Origin: a candidate division FCPU426 bacterium
Lineage (GTDB): Bacteria > Oederibacteriota > JAAXVQ01 > JAUVAV01
Assembly (NCBI GenBank): GCA_030591525.1
Contig: JAUVAV010000004.1
Span: 3,307-67,306 of the forward strand
Direction of reading: 5' to 3'
Length of the DNA stretch: 64,000 bases
Below, piece by piece: positions 14,427-24,077 of this stretch (position 1 is its first letter; each line of letters begins with the position of its first letter). Below the pieces are notes generated by a model that ran no database searches, was not told the DNA's origin, and saw nothing but the letters and a program-made list of their open reading frames with translations. The position numbers were made by a program, and so were the translations under genes.

Positions 14427-15758
14427 TTATCTTGGAACATACAAAGGCATAACTTTCTTCTCGCCTGGTTTGAGGTCGAACTTAAGCGACCGCCCCCCCG
14501 AACGCACGCGTCCGGTTAATGAAACCAGCCTAAGCTCCAGGTCATGCTGACCGGCCGGCAGGCAAACCCGAAGCAGATGAAACCGGTTCGGCAGGGTGCG
14601 CCAGGAACGCGTATCCGCCTGTTCAGTAGCAAATGTATAGATATTGGTGGCAAGACCAATTAGCAGATTCGCACCGGTATTTTTGGAACGAGTGGCTTTT
14701 CTTACCTGGTAAGCCGCAATGTACTTGGCCGTGGCCCGGGCAATGGCCTTGACCGTGATCAGCCCGATGCGCTGCTCCAGATTCTGGATGGCTATGGCAG
14801 CCAGAGGCTCCATAAGCTGACTGGCTGCGACCTGCCCGTCCGGCAGGCCGAGCCGCACGCGGCTAAGCACAGGAGGACGCGGTTTAAAGAGCGGAAAAGC
14901 GACTTTCAAGGTGTAAGGATTGCCATCCGGATCTTTTATGGGCGCGGCTACATAACGGGTATGCTTGACCGGCACCATGCCGTCGTAAACCACCAGGAGC
15001 AATTCACTGCGTTTCCGGGGCCGGCGGCTGGGCTCGGGAATATCATCCCCAAAGGCTTTACGCCAGCGCCGGTATTCTTTATCGAATCCTATCCAGCGGG
15101 AAAGACGCAGGAGATCTTTTTTAATGATTGGCGGCATAGGCATACCGTAATGTTTGCCGTACCATTTAAAAGCTTTATACGCCTTTTTATAGTCAATATA
15201 AGCGCCGTTGTAATCCTTCTCCGCTTCGCGCGCAAAGGCGGCCAGATACCGGGCAAAGGCATCCTGCCGGTAGACCGCTTCTTTTCCGTATTTGTCAGCA
15301 AGCTGTACCAGGCGGGTATTGACTTTGCGGGCCTCGACCATCGCGCCTTGCAGGTCATGATTATAAAGATAATTCAATTCCTTGATAATATGCACCATGA
15401 CCTGCTCAAAATCCTCACCCGTGTAGGACATGCTCATGTCATTGACCAGCATAGAGGCCGCGGCCTCGCTCACACTGGTTCCGTAGAGCTTCTCAATCAG
15501 CAGTTCACCCTCTTCCAGGTCAGCACTGCTGGCCGTGTACTCTCCGGTCCGCTGTAGCAGGGCCCCGCGGTCAAAATAATAAAGCAGGGAGTTGACTCCG
15601 GCATACTGCTTTTTGTCTTTCTCTATAGCCGCCAAAGCTCCGGCATAATCCCCGGCAACCATGCTGCGCTCTATTTTCTTTGCCACCTGCATACCGGCAC
15701 AGCCATTTAAAAACAGGAACAACAGCAGGATTGCCGGAAAAAATCTCAGACGCATCAA
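14427..15758 (-). CDS. Lipoprotein of unknown function (COG3014-like partner of LpoB).
   Basis: It has a signal peptide plus the lipobox LFLNGCAG, is 443 aa, and lies directly upstream of the lpoB homolog. Confidence 0.5.
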   Translation of the reverse strand: MMRLRFFPAILLLFLFLNGCAGMQVAKKIERSMVAGDYAGALAAIEKDKKQYAGVNSLLYYFDRGALLQRTGEYTASSADLEEGELLIEKLYGTSVSEAAASMLVNDMSMSYTGEDFEQVMVHIIKELNYLYNHDLQGAMVEARKVNTRLVQLADKYGKEAVYRQDAFARYLAAFAREAEKDYNGAYIDYKKAYKAFKWYGKHYGMPMPPIIKKDLLRLSRWIGFDKEYRRWRKAFGDDIPEPSRRPRKRSELLLVVYDGMVPVKHTRYVAAPIKDPDGNPYTLKVAFPLFKPRPPVLSRVRLGLPDGQVAASQLMEPLAAIAIQNLEQRIGLITVKAIARATAKYIAAYQVRKATRSKNTGANLLIGLATNIYTFATEQADTRSWRTLPNRFHLLRVCLPAGQHDLELRLVSLTGRVRSGGRSLKFDLKPGEKKVMPLYVPR

Positions 15759-15772
15759 GGTTCACACCCTTC

Positions 15773-16372
15773 CTAGAAACGAGCTCCGGGACGCTTAATG
15801 AATTTTTTGATTTTTTTATTGCCGATCCAGACCTTTCTACTGCTTTGCATATCCGTAAGCACCATATCAATCTGATAATAAAAGGTCTTTTTACTGCCCG
15901 CGGCATCGGTAATCTTAGAAATTGTTCCCTGCATCATATAATCTGACCCGGTCTCGGAATACATCTGCTTACGGGTCCGGTCGGAAGCCTGGGTCTGCTG
16001 GTCCTCCCGTTCGGCACGGACTTCATCCCGTTCGCCCTTGCTGCTCACAAAATCTACTGTGCCGGAATTGGTCAGCTCGCGCTCAATATCGTTTTTAAAG
16101 GTGTCCGTGGCAATATGCTCGTCCGTTTTGTTCTTGATGGTTCCCACTATTACAGTTGGATTCTTGCCCTTGGCTTTTAAGAACTGGCTCAGCCAGGGAC
16201 GGGAGAGCGCGTCCTTGACCATCTGCTCGGCAACTAATTGGGAGTCCGTATCATTCCACCGGCCGGAAAGATCAACTACTTCATCGGTCGCAATACGCTT
16301 GACCGAACCGGCGCACCCGAACAAACCGACTGCCACTACTCCCGCTACCGCCAACTTCAATACTTTACTCAT
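15773..16372 (-). CDS. lpoB: Penicillin-binding protein activator LpoB family lipoprotein.
   Basis: The lipobox LFGCAG is followed by RWNDTDSQLVAEQMV...TVIVGTIKNKTDEHI, typical of the LpoB/COG3417 core. Confidence 0.6.
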   Translation of the reverse strand: MSKVLKLAVAGVVAVGLFGCAGSVKRIATDEVVDLSGRWNDTDSQLVAEQMVKDALSRPWLSQFLKAKGKNPTVIVGTIKNKTDEHIATDTFKNDIERELTNSGTVDFVSSKGERDEVRAEREDQQTQASDRTRKQMYSETGSDYMMQGTISKITDAAGSKKTFYYQIDMVLTDMQSSRKVWIGNKKIKKFIKRPGARF

Positions 16373-16401
16373 AATTCCTTCCTCCTTGTGTGTTTTTTTT
16401 T

Positions 16402-16938
16402 TTAGTAATTCCAGTGGATCCCGAACTGAGGGGACAGCCAGCTAATGCTGTCATTAATATAATTACAGCTAAAGGGCTCTTCGCTCTCGCTGATGGACTT
16501 AACATAGGCGAATCCCAGGGAGACCCCCAATCCGCTGTCGAAAAAGTAGGACAAACCGGCTACGGCATCCACGGCAAAGATATTCTTTCTAGGTCCGGTA
16601 TAGTAAAATACTCCTCCTCCGGAAATAAAAGGGGAAAATTTGCCGGGTAAAAAATAATACTTTACTCCCAGGTCGAGGGAGAATCCGTCCAGAAAAGTTC
16701 CCGCGCCGCCCCCGATGGCAACCTGGCCGGTTGCGTATTTATCATACTGAATTCCAAAAACCAGCGGCCCGCCAATCATAATCCATAGATCATTATCCTT
16801 GACTTTAAGGGGCGTATTCTCCGCAATCATGGCCTCGACTTTTTCCGTTACACGGGCCTCGGCCACGGCAGTCATACTGCCGGCCGCCAACATAACTACC
16901 AATGATAATAAAGCTGTTTTTTTCAATTGTTCAAACAT
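16402..16938 (-). CDS. Small outer-membrane beta-barrel protein (OmpW/porin-like).
   Basis: It has a signal peptide ending ...AVAEA and alternating aromatic/Gly beta-strand patterns, with a C-terminal ...GIHWNY. Confidence 0.45.
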   Translation of the reverse strand: MFEQLKKTALLSLVVMLAAGSMTAVAEARVTEKVEAMIAENTPLKVKDNDLWIMIGGPLVFGIQYDKYATGQVAIGGGAGTFLDGFSLDLGVKYYFLPGKFSPFISGGGVFYYTGPRKNIFAVDAVAGLSYFFDSGLGVSLGFAYVKSISESEEPFSCNYINDSISWLSPQFGIHWNY

Positions 16939-17032
16939 GTTTTTTCCTCCCCTCTTTTTTATTATGCCAAAATTTTAGTGCTATTTTATCCATTACCCTA
17001 TCACTTGACAAGATTTTTTTTAAATAATATCA

Positions 17033-17563
17033 TTATTTTTTCCTTTGATACTTTCCCATCAATTCCGCCCGGGCCAGACTGTGCTGCTTAAATATATCCT
17101 CGCAATTCCGGGTAGTAACTCCTGCCAGTCGAGGCACATCCAAGGCATACAGCTTGAAAAAATAACGATGTACACCGCTAGGCGGGCAAGGCCCGCCGTA
17201 GGACGTACGGCCAAAATCATTCTTAATCTCAACCGCATCTTTTGGCAGCGGCCCACCGGCCGTAAGACCTGTGGTTGCAGGAGCGATATTTATTATTATC
17301 CAATGAACCCAAGTTCCCATGGGCGCATCAGGATCATCACAGATCAAGGCCAGACTCCTGGCTTCTTTGGGCACACCCTGCCATTCCAAGGCCGGCGAGA
17401 TATTCTCTCCATCGCAGGTAAAAAGCATGGGTATAAATTGGCCCGGCTTAAAATCAGTACTGGTAAGCAGCATGTTTTCTTCCTCCGTTTGGGTATTTAC
17501 CGCTACAGCCGAAACCCCCTTTCCGACTGGAACCGGTTTTTGAACCCGGCAACCGGCCAGCAC
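17033..17563 (-). CDS. YbhB/YbcL family (PEBP/Raf-kinase-inhibitor-like) protein.
   Basis: The sequence ALICDDPDAPMGTWVHWIIINI...GGPCPPSGVHRYFFKLYALD carries the PEBP signature. Confidence 0.75.
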   Translation of the reverse strand: MLAGCRVQKPVPVGKGVSAVAVNTQTEEENMLLTSTDFKPGQFIPMLFTCDGENISPALEWQGVPKEARSLALICDDPDAPMGTWVHWIIINIAPATTGLTAGGPLPKDAVEIKNDFGRTSYGGPCPPSGVHRYFFKLYALDVPRLAGVTTRNCEDIFKQHSLARAELMGKYQRKK

Positions 17564-17791
17564 TATTCCAGGAAGCGCCAGGGCTCCCAGGCAGAATCAC
17601 CATCCGCTTTTCGGCATTCTCTCCCTCCTTGGCTGGTTTTTTAATCCCTATTAGGGATAAACCCAAATATTACATTAGGTTTCTAAAATTGTAAAAATAA
17701 TTCCGCCTTGCCACCTATCTGATTAGCAGGGTGAAAATTTTCTGGCCTTTTAGGACAATTATAAGTATTATGACTTCCCGGAGGCGGAAAA

Positions 17792-18709
17792 GTGAAAAAA
17801 TCCCTTATAAAAAAAATCGAGTGGGTAACCGATGATTTCGGACATTGCTATCTGGGCAAAAGGCTGTATCAGGGCCGGTCAGCCTTCCAGCAATTGGAAA
17901 TTTTCCAGCACCGGACTTTCGGAACTCTGCTTTTCCTGGACAACAAGATCCAGCTTTCGGAGCAGGATGAAAACCGTTATCATCAATACCTCGTCGATGC
18001 TCCCCTGTTGGCCCATTCCAAACCCCGCAGCCTGGCTATTATCGGCGGCGGTGATTGTTTCGCCCTGGAAGAAGCGGTAAAGCACTCGTCCTTAAAACAC
18101 ATCCTGATGCTGGAAATCGATCAGGGCGTGGTTGATTTCTGCACCCGTTATTATCCGGCCATTAAAACCGTACGCCGGGATAAAAGAATAAACATCATCT
18201 ATACCGACGCCCGCACCTGGCTGGAGCAAAATCCCGAACGCTTTGACGTGCTGATACTTGATCTAACTGAACCGCACGGGCCTTCGAAAATGCTTTATAC
18301 CCGTGAATTTTACCGGCTCTGCAGAAAGCGGCTGACTTCCCATGGCATTCTTTCCATCCATGCGGATAACTATTCCCTGTTCCCGGAAAGTTATGCCACG
18401 ATTTACAAAACAGCGAAAAGCGTATTTCCTCATATTCTGACCGCCCGGGTCGACATACCGAGTTACGGCATGGGCTGGACTTACCGTTTGGCTTCTTTGC
18501 AGCCCATTGCTTATTCCCGGCTGCTTGAAAATACCCGGCGTTTTACCCGCCGGGGCCGGGGACATCTCCTGGATCAGTTCACTCCCACCTCTTACCTGGT
18601 GGAACCGACCCCCGAGGAAAGGCGTATACTAAAACACCAGGGCCGCATCTCTACGGATGCCCGGCCTTTTGATAAATTTAAAAAAGCCGGAAAAAAAGTA
18701 ACCCGCTAA
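17792..18709 (+). CDS. Spermidine synthase-like polyamine aminopropyltransferase.
   Basis: It contains the AdoMet-MTase-fold motifs LAIIGGGDCFALEEAVKH and ILMLEIDQGVVDFCTRYYP...DVLILDLTEP. Confidence 0.6.
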   Translation: MKKSLIKKIEWVTDDFGHCYLGKRLYQGRSAFQQLEIFQHRTFGTLLFLDNKIQLSEQDENRYHQYLVDAPLLAHSKPRSLAIIGGGDCFALEEAVKHSSLKHILMLEIDQGVVDFCTRYYPAIKTVRRDKRINIIYTDARTWLEQNPERFDVLILDLTEPHGPSKMLYTREFYRLCRKRLTSHGILSIHADNYSLFPESYATIYKTAKSVFPHILTARVDIPSYGMGWTYRLASLQPIAYSRLLENTRRFTRRGRGHLLDQFTPTSYLVEPTPEERRILKHQGRISTDARPFDKFKKAGKKVTR

Positions 18710-18716
18710 AAGGAGG

Positions 18717-19514
18717 TTGAATATGAACACCACCGCTGAATTGCAAGTACCGGACCACCAATTTTTCGAGACCCTGCGGCAGGCCCCCCACCGCTTGCTG
18801 ATGCTCGATTATGACGGCACGCTCTCGCCGTTTGTCCATGACCGCTTCCAAGCCTTTCCTTATCCCGGAGTCACGGATTTATTAAGCGAGATTATCAACC
18901 GGGATAAATCCCGGCTCGTAATCGTCACAGGCCGTCCCTTACAGGAAATCATCCCCCTGCTAAACATGTCTCCGCTTCCTGAAATCTGGGGTTCGCACGG
19001 CTGGGAGCATTTGCATCACGACGGCACGATTGAAATATATCCTATGTCAATACCGGTCAAAAATGCCATGGACGAAGCCCGCGAAAAAATCAGCCAAAAA
19101 GTTTTACTCGCCAGATTGGACATCAAGCCCGGCTCCCTGGCCGTCCACTGGCGCGGCCTGCCTGAGGCTGATGAAAACGAGATAAAACAAACCGCACTTG
19201 AAATCTGGGGAACATACGACGCTAAGGAGGGCCTCATGCTGAAAGCCTTTGACGGCGGCCTGGAACTGCGCGCGCCGGGGCGGGATAAGGGAACCGCCAC
19301 CCGCCATCTCCTGGAGGAATCACCGTCGCAGGTTTTTGCAACCTACCTGGGGGATGATCTTACCGATGAGGACGCCTTCGCAGCCCTAGGGGACCGAGGC
19401 GAAGGAATTCTGGTCAGAACTGAGTTTCGTCCTACCCAGGCCAAGTGGTGGCTTCACCCACCTGAAGAACTGCTTGATTTTTTAAGAAAGTGGAGGGATT
19501 GCTGTCAGAAATAA
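18717..19514 (+). CDS. otsB: Trehalose-6-phosphate phosphatase (HAD-IIB).
   Basis: It has HAD motif I LMLDYDGTLSP, GDDLTDEDAF and the OtsB-like HWRGLP. Confidence 0.65.
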   Translation: MNMNTTAELQVPDHQFFETLRQAPHRLLMLDYDGTLSPFVHDRFQAFPYPGVTDLLSEIINRDKSRLVIVTGRPLQEIIPLLNMSPLPEIWGSHGWEHLHHDGTIEIYPMSIPVKNAMDEAREKISQKVLLARLDIKPGSLAVHWRGLPEADENEIKQTALEIWGTYDAKEGLMLKAFDGGLELRAPGRDKGTATRHLLEESPSQVFATYLGDDLTDEDAFAALGDRGEGILVRTEFRPTQAKWWLHPPEELLDFLRKWRDCCQK

Positions 19515-19790
19515 TCTGTTTAATAATCATTGATTTTTTATGTAGGGGCGCGATTCATCGCGCCCCTGTGGTGTAACAATATGCGTAGGGGCAACCCCCT
19601 GTGGTTGCCCCCTTAGGGTTTTCGTTTGTTTCTTCCGGGCAGGCACGCCCTTCGACTTCGCTCAGGACAAGGAGGCCTGCCCCTACAAAAAAATATAATG
19701 CAACATCAAGGTTTTGTATCATACAGCCGTGCCCTTCGGCATGCTCAGGGCACGCCCTACCGGGCATACCGCCGTACGCCCCTACTTACT
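19515..19790. repeat. Cluster of four or five REP-like hairpins (GTAGGGGC-loop-GCCCCTAC(A)) between convergent otsB and eno. These likely act as a bidirectional terminator.
   Basis: The units are gtaggggcgcgattcatcgcgcccctg at 19543-19568, gtaggggcaaccccctgtggttgcccc at 19585-19611, cccctacaaaaaaa at 19675-19690 and gccctac/gcccctact at 19748-19790. Confidence 0.6.
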
Positions 19791-21059
19791 CACTACGTTT
19801 TTATAAACCGCTTTATCTCCCAGCTCAGCCTCGATCTCCAACAGGCGGTTGTACTTGGCAATCCGGTCGCTGCGGCTGGCGGATCCGGTCTTAATTTGCG
19901 CTCCTCCCATGGCCACTGCCAGATCAGCGATAAAGGTATCTTCCGTCTCGCCGGAGCGGTGGGAAATCACGAAATTCCAGCCCGCCTTCCGGCATAGCTC
20001 TATGGTCGCTATGGTTTCCGAAACCGTACCAATCTGATTAACTTTGATCAAGACCGCGTTGGCAGCCTTGCGCGCAATGCCTTTTTTAACAAACTCGGGA
20101 TTAGTGACCAGCAGATCATCCCCCACTACCTGAATCTTGCCACCAACGCGGCTGGTGAATTTTTCGAATCCATCCCAATCATTCTCGTATAAGGGATCCT
20201 CAATGGACACAATGGGATATTTATCCACCCATCCGGCCCAAAGCTCTATCATTTCATCCGTGGTCTTGATCCCGGTTCCGGAATCCGCCAGGTTGTACTT
20301 TCCGTCCGCATAGAAAGAGCTTGCCGCCGGATCCAGCGCGATCATGATATCCCGGCCCGGCGCATAACCGGCAGACTGGATGGCCTCGATTATTATGTCG
20401 CAGGCTTCCTCATTGCTTTTAAGGTTGGGCGCGAATCCGCCTTCATCCCCAACCGCTGTAGAGTAGCCTTTTTGCCTTAAAATTTTTGCCAGATGATGGA
20501 AAGTCTCCGCTCCGGCTCTGAGAGCTTCCCGGAAAGTAGGCCGCCCCAGAGGCATGGCCATAAACTCCTGGAAATCCACGCTGTTATCCGCGTGCTGGCC
20601 GCCGTTAATAATATTCATCATGGGCGCGGGCAGCACAATGGCTTCTTCGCCGCCCAGGTATTTATAAACCGGGAGACCCTCGGCCTGGGCTCCAGCCTTA
20701 ACTACAGCCATGGACACACCCAAAATGGCATTGGCGCCAAGTTTGCCCTTATTCGGAGTGCCGTCCAGAGCAATCATTAATTCATCAATGGCCCGGTAAT
20801 CCAGGACATCCCTGCCTTTTACGGCTGTGGCAATCGGTCCATTTACATTCTCCACGGCTTTCAGAGTCCCCTTGCCGAGATAACGCGACTTATCTCCGTC
20901 ACGTAATTCTACGGCTTCATGCTCACCGGTCGAGGCCCCGGAAGGAACCGAGGCCGAGACCGGAACCTGACCTTCCAGCTTAAGCAAGACCCGTATGGTG
21001 GGATTGCCGCGGGAATCAAGAATTTCCAGGGCTTTTACCTCTTCAATAATATATGACAT
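19782..21059 (-). CDS. eno: Enolase (phosphopyruvate hydratase).
   Basis: The sequence [24 protein letters not shown]...[18 protein letters not shown] is a full-length enolase of 425 aa. Confidence 0.95.
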   Translation of the reverse strand: MSYIIEEVKALEILDSRGNPTIRVLLKLEGQVPVSASVPSGASTGEHEAVELRDGDKSRYLGKGTLKAVENVNGPIATAVKGRDVLDYRAIDELMIALDGTPNKGKLGANAILGVSMAVVKAGAQAEGLPVYKYLGGEEAIVLPAPMMNIINGGQHADNSVDFQEFMAMPLGRPTFREALRAGAETFHHLAKILRQKGYSTAVGDEGGFAPNLKSNEEACDIIIEAIQSAGYAPGRDIMIALDPAASSFYADGKYNLADSGTGIKTTDEMIELWAGWVDKYPIVSIEDPLYENDWDGFEKFTSRVGGKIQVVGDDLLVTNPEFVKKGIARKAANAVLIKVNQIGTVSETIATIELCRKAGWNFVISHRSGETEDTFIADLAVAMGGAQIKTGSASRSDRIAKYNRLLEIEAELGDKAVYKNVVSK

Positions 21060-21097
21060 GTTTTCCTCCTACTGAGAATTGGGCCTTATCGGCTCAC

Positions 21098-21221
21098 TGG
21101 GAGCCTGAGCAATTAGTTGCTCAGGCTCCAGAGCATTTGAGATTCGATAGTAGAAATTAGATAAAATATCTCAAATGCGGTCTACTCTCTACTCTCAAAA
21201 AACCGACTAATTGTTCAGACC
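21098..21221. repeat. ~120-bp MITE-like element: a 12-bp-stem hairpin GAGCCTGAGCAATTAGTTGCTCAGGCTC plus a conserved 75-bp core.
   Basis: It lies between eno and the hybrid HK. The core agagcatttgagattcgatagtagaaattagataaaatatctcaaatgcggtctactctctactctcaaaaa is about 90% identical to the reverse complement of 32945-33025. Confidence 0.6.
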
Positions 21222-21365
21222 CATTAAATAAAAATCTCGAGTATTGTATGCTTCCCCAAACCGGAATGCAAGATTTTTCCTCGGAAAAAATTTGTCCATC
21301 CCCTCCGGATCGGATTAGGTTTTACGCCGGATATGCCGTAACTTATAAACAAGGGGAGGTATAAT

Positions 21366-23939
21366 GTGATTTTTGATTCTGAAGCATCCCAACTTTTTTT
21401 CGGGGCGGCCTTCCTGGTTCTTGCCTTGGTGTTTTTTTTACTCCTGCTGGGTCTGATTTTTTACGTCAAATCATTGCGGGAAAAATATCGGCGGCTTCTG
21501 CGCCTACCGGCGGAAAAGGAAGTACCTCCGGCCTTAAGCACCACGAAAACCATCCTGGATAAACTGCCTTTTGGCATCTTTATCAGCAACCGGGAGAGAA
21601 AAATTCTCCAGGTTAATGCCGCGGCTTTAAAAATGATAGGGGCTGGTTCAGAACAAGAAGTCCTAAACCAGCTTTGCCATGAGATATTTCGTTTAACTCC
21701 CCAAGATCCGTGTCCTATTCTGGAAGAAGGCCGGCCAATAAACTCCAGAGAATGTTTTCTAAAAGGAATTGATAATAGTGAAATCCCGATTTTAAAGAAT
21801 GTTACACCTATTACCCTGGAAGGCGAAGAAGTCCTGCTGGAAACCTTTGTTCCTATCGAAGAACTTTATAAGGTCCGCCAGGAGGCCGAAGAGGCCAATA
21901 AAAGCCAGGCCGAAGCAGTGCAATGTTCTAATAATCTGGCTGTACTGGCCGAGCAGGCTAATTTATCCAAGAGCAAGTTCCTGGCAAATATGAGCCATGA
22001 AATCCGCACCCCTATGAATGCAGTTATCGGCATGGTACAACTGGTCTTGGATACGCAACTCAGCTCAGAGCAGCAAAATCATCTCAACAAAGCGCTTAAC
22101 GCCGCCGGGTCTTTGCTCAATTCAATCAACGACCTTCTGTATCTTTCCAAAATCGAGTCCGGCCATCTGCCCCTGGAGGAAATCAATTTCGACCTGCGTA
22201 CTACCATGGAAAGCGCCTCTGAAATTGTAGCGGGTAAAGCCAGTGAAAAAAACCTGGAATTAGCCTGCCATATTGAGCCCCAGGTTCCCACATCATTGAC
22301 CGGCGATCCTGGCCGGTTGCGCCAGATCCTCTTGAATTTGCTCAGCAATGCCGTTAAATTTACTCATCAGGGCGAGGTTATACTTTCAGCCGGACTCTCT
22401 AATGAAACCCATTCGCATGCTGAGTTGGTTTTCACAGTTTCCGATACCGGCATCGGTATTCCCGAGGATGAACACAAAATGGTTTTTGAATATTTTACTC
22501 AAGCCGGTGCCTCAACCACCCGGCGCTACGGAGGAACCGGATTAGGACTCCCCCTCACCAAACACCTGACGGAACTAATGGGCGGCCGGATTTCACTGGA
22601 GAGCGGGTCCGGGCAGGGCAGTACTTTTAAAATCACACTTCCCTTCCTGCTCCCAAAAGAGCCTCCTCCCGTATTGTCTCAAGCCAAGGATTCCTTAGCC
22701 GGCATCCGGGTTTTGATTGTGGATGACACTCCCATTAACCGGCAAATTTTTCAGGAAATGCTTAAAAAGTGGGATATGCAGACTAAGACCGCGGCCGATG
22801 GGCCGGAAGCCTTGAAAATCCTGGCATCCGCTTACCACGAAGGAAAACCATATCAGCTTGTGCTCCTGGATAAATTCATGCCTGATATGGACGGTTTCCA
22901 TACAGCTGAAAAAATAAGAAAGGGAGTTTTTGCGGATAAAATGAAAATTCTCATGATTACTTCGGCCGGGACACGCGAAGACGGGGTGCTTTGCCGCAAA
23001 TTGGACATAGCCGGCTATTTAACCAAGCCGGTAAAACAAACGGAGCTTTATAGCGCCATCATTTCAGTGCTGTGCCAAAAGGAAATACCTTCCTCTATAA
23101 AAACTCCTCTGGTCACCCAGCATTCCTTGCAGGAGCGCAGACGCCGCCTGGATATCCTCCTGGTCGAAGATAACCCCATCAACCGCGAATTGATGCTGGC
23201 CTTGCTGGCCAAGCGGGGAGAGGCGGTTACCGAGGCTGAGGATGGAATCCAGGCTCTCAAGGTCTTGGAAAATCATGTTTATGATCTGATATTTATGGAT
23301 GTGCAAATGCCAAACATGGATGGACTTAAAGCCACCGAGGAAATCCGGAAACGTGAGCAGGTTACCGGAAAACACACGCCCATTATTGCCCTCACAGCCC
23401 ACGTGTCTATGCAAGACCGGCAAAAATGCCTGGCCGCCGGCATGAATGATTTTATTGCCAAGCCGATTAAGCTCCCGGAATTCCACAAACTGCTGGAGCA
23501 TTATTCCAGCCTCAATTTGTCGAATAAAAACCTCTCTCCTTATTCTTCCCCAGCCGCCCCGAACTCCGAACCAGCCTCTGATCTGCCGGTTTTAGATATG
23601 AAGTCTGTATTGGACCGGGTCGACGGGGACCGGGAATTGCTGCGTGAGCTCTTACAAGACTTTATCAATATCTCCCAACAGTATACTAGTGATATGGAAA
23701 GCGGGATCCAGAGGCAGGACTGGGATGCCGTACGCCAAATTTCCCATACCTTGAAAGGATCCTCAGCCAACTTATCCTGCGAGCGAATCCGTAAACTGGC
23801 GACAAACCTGGAACAGATGGCGAGAACACACCCGGGGGAGGATAACCTCCGGCAGGAAATAAAGCAAATAAAGCGCGAACTGGAAAACCTCCGGAATTAC
23901 GTGGCATTAAACAAGGAAATATTCCATACCGCTTCGTAG
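21366..23939 (+). CDS. Hybrid sensor histidine kinase with TM, PAS, HisKA, HATPase, two REC domains and a C-terminal Hpt domain.
   Basis: It has the H-box MSHEIRTPMNAVIGM and the G-boxes DTGIGI and GGTGLGL. Two receiver domains carry VLIVDDTPINRQ...LLDKFMPDMDG and ILLVEDNPINRE...FMDVQMPNMDG. The Hpt domain shows ISHTLKGSSANL. Confidence 0.85.
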   Translation: MIFDSEASQLFFGAAFLVLALVFFLLLLGLIFYVKSLREKYRRLLRLPAEKEVPPALSTTKTILDKLPFGIFISNRERKILQVNAAALKMIGAGSEQEVLNQLCHEIFRLTPQDPCPILEEGRPINSRECFLKGIDNSEIPILKNVTPITLEGEEVLLETFVPIEELYKVRQEAEEANKSQAEAVQCSNNLAVLAEQANLSKSKFLANMSHEIRTPMNAVIGMVQLVLDTQLSSEQQNHLNKALNAAGSLLNSINDLLYLSKIESGHLPLEEINFDLRTTMESASEIVAGKASEKNLELACHIEPQVPTSLTGDPGRLRQILLNLLSNAVKFTHQGEVILSAGLSNETHSHAELVFTVSDTGIGIPEDEHKMVFEYFTQAGASTTRRYGGTGLGLPLTKHLTELMGGRISLESGSGQGSTFKITLPFLLPKEPPPVLSQAKDSLAGIRVLIVDDTPINRQIFQEMLKKWDMQTKTAADGPEALKILASAYHEGKPYQLVLLDKFMPDMDGFHTAEKIRKGVFADKMKILMITSAGTREDGVLCRKLDIAGYLTKPVKQTELYSAIISVLCQKEIPSSIKTPLVTQHSLQERRRRLDILLVEDNPINRELMLALLAKRGEAVTEAEDGIQALKVLENHVYDLIFMDVQMPNMDGLKATEEIRKREQVTGKHTPIIALTAHVSMQDRQKCLAAGMNDFIAKPIKLPEFHKLLEHYSSLNLSNKNLSPYSSPAAPNSEPASDLPVLDMKSVLDRVDGDRELLRELLQDFINISQQYTSDMESGIQRQDWDAVRQISHTLKGSSANLSCERIRKLATNLEQMARTHPGEDNLRQEIKQIKRELENLRNYVALNKEIFHTAS

Positions 23940-23966
23940 GGACCGCGCCATGTCCCGCCCCAGGAG

Positions 23967-24035
23967 ATAGCCAATTCTATATATGTTGCATCATAAGCAG
24001 ATAAATGATGTTCTCTGGTCAATAACAAAGCAGTG
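23967..24035. repeat. 69-bp direct repeat (left copy) bracketing the AbiE cassette. It is a duplicate of the vapC 3' coding end.
   Basis: atagccaattctatatatgttgcatcataagcagataaatgatgttctctggtcaataacaaagcagtg matches 25711-25780 with 4 mismatches. The right copy lies inside vapC, encoding ...LLLAREHHLSAYDATYIELAM. Confidence 0.7.
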
Positions 24036-24077
24036 AATTTTAGGAGACGTTGTGGGCTGACCCAGGTTTAACGGACA

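Noticed and set aside
19555-19997. Small ORFs 19555-19767 on the minus strand, and 19601-19894 and 19626-19997 on the plus strand.
   Set aside because: They run through the G/C-rich REP hairpin cluster or lie antisense to eno, with no RBS and no motif.
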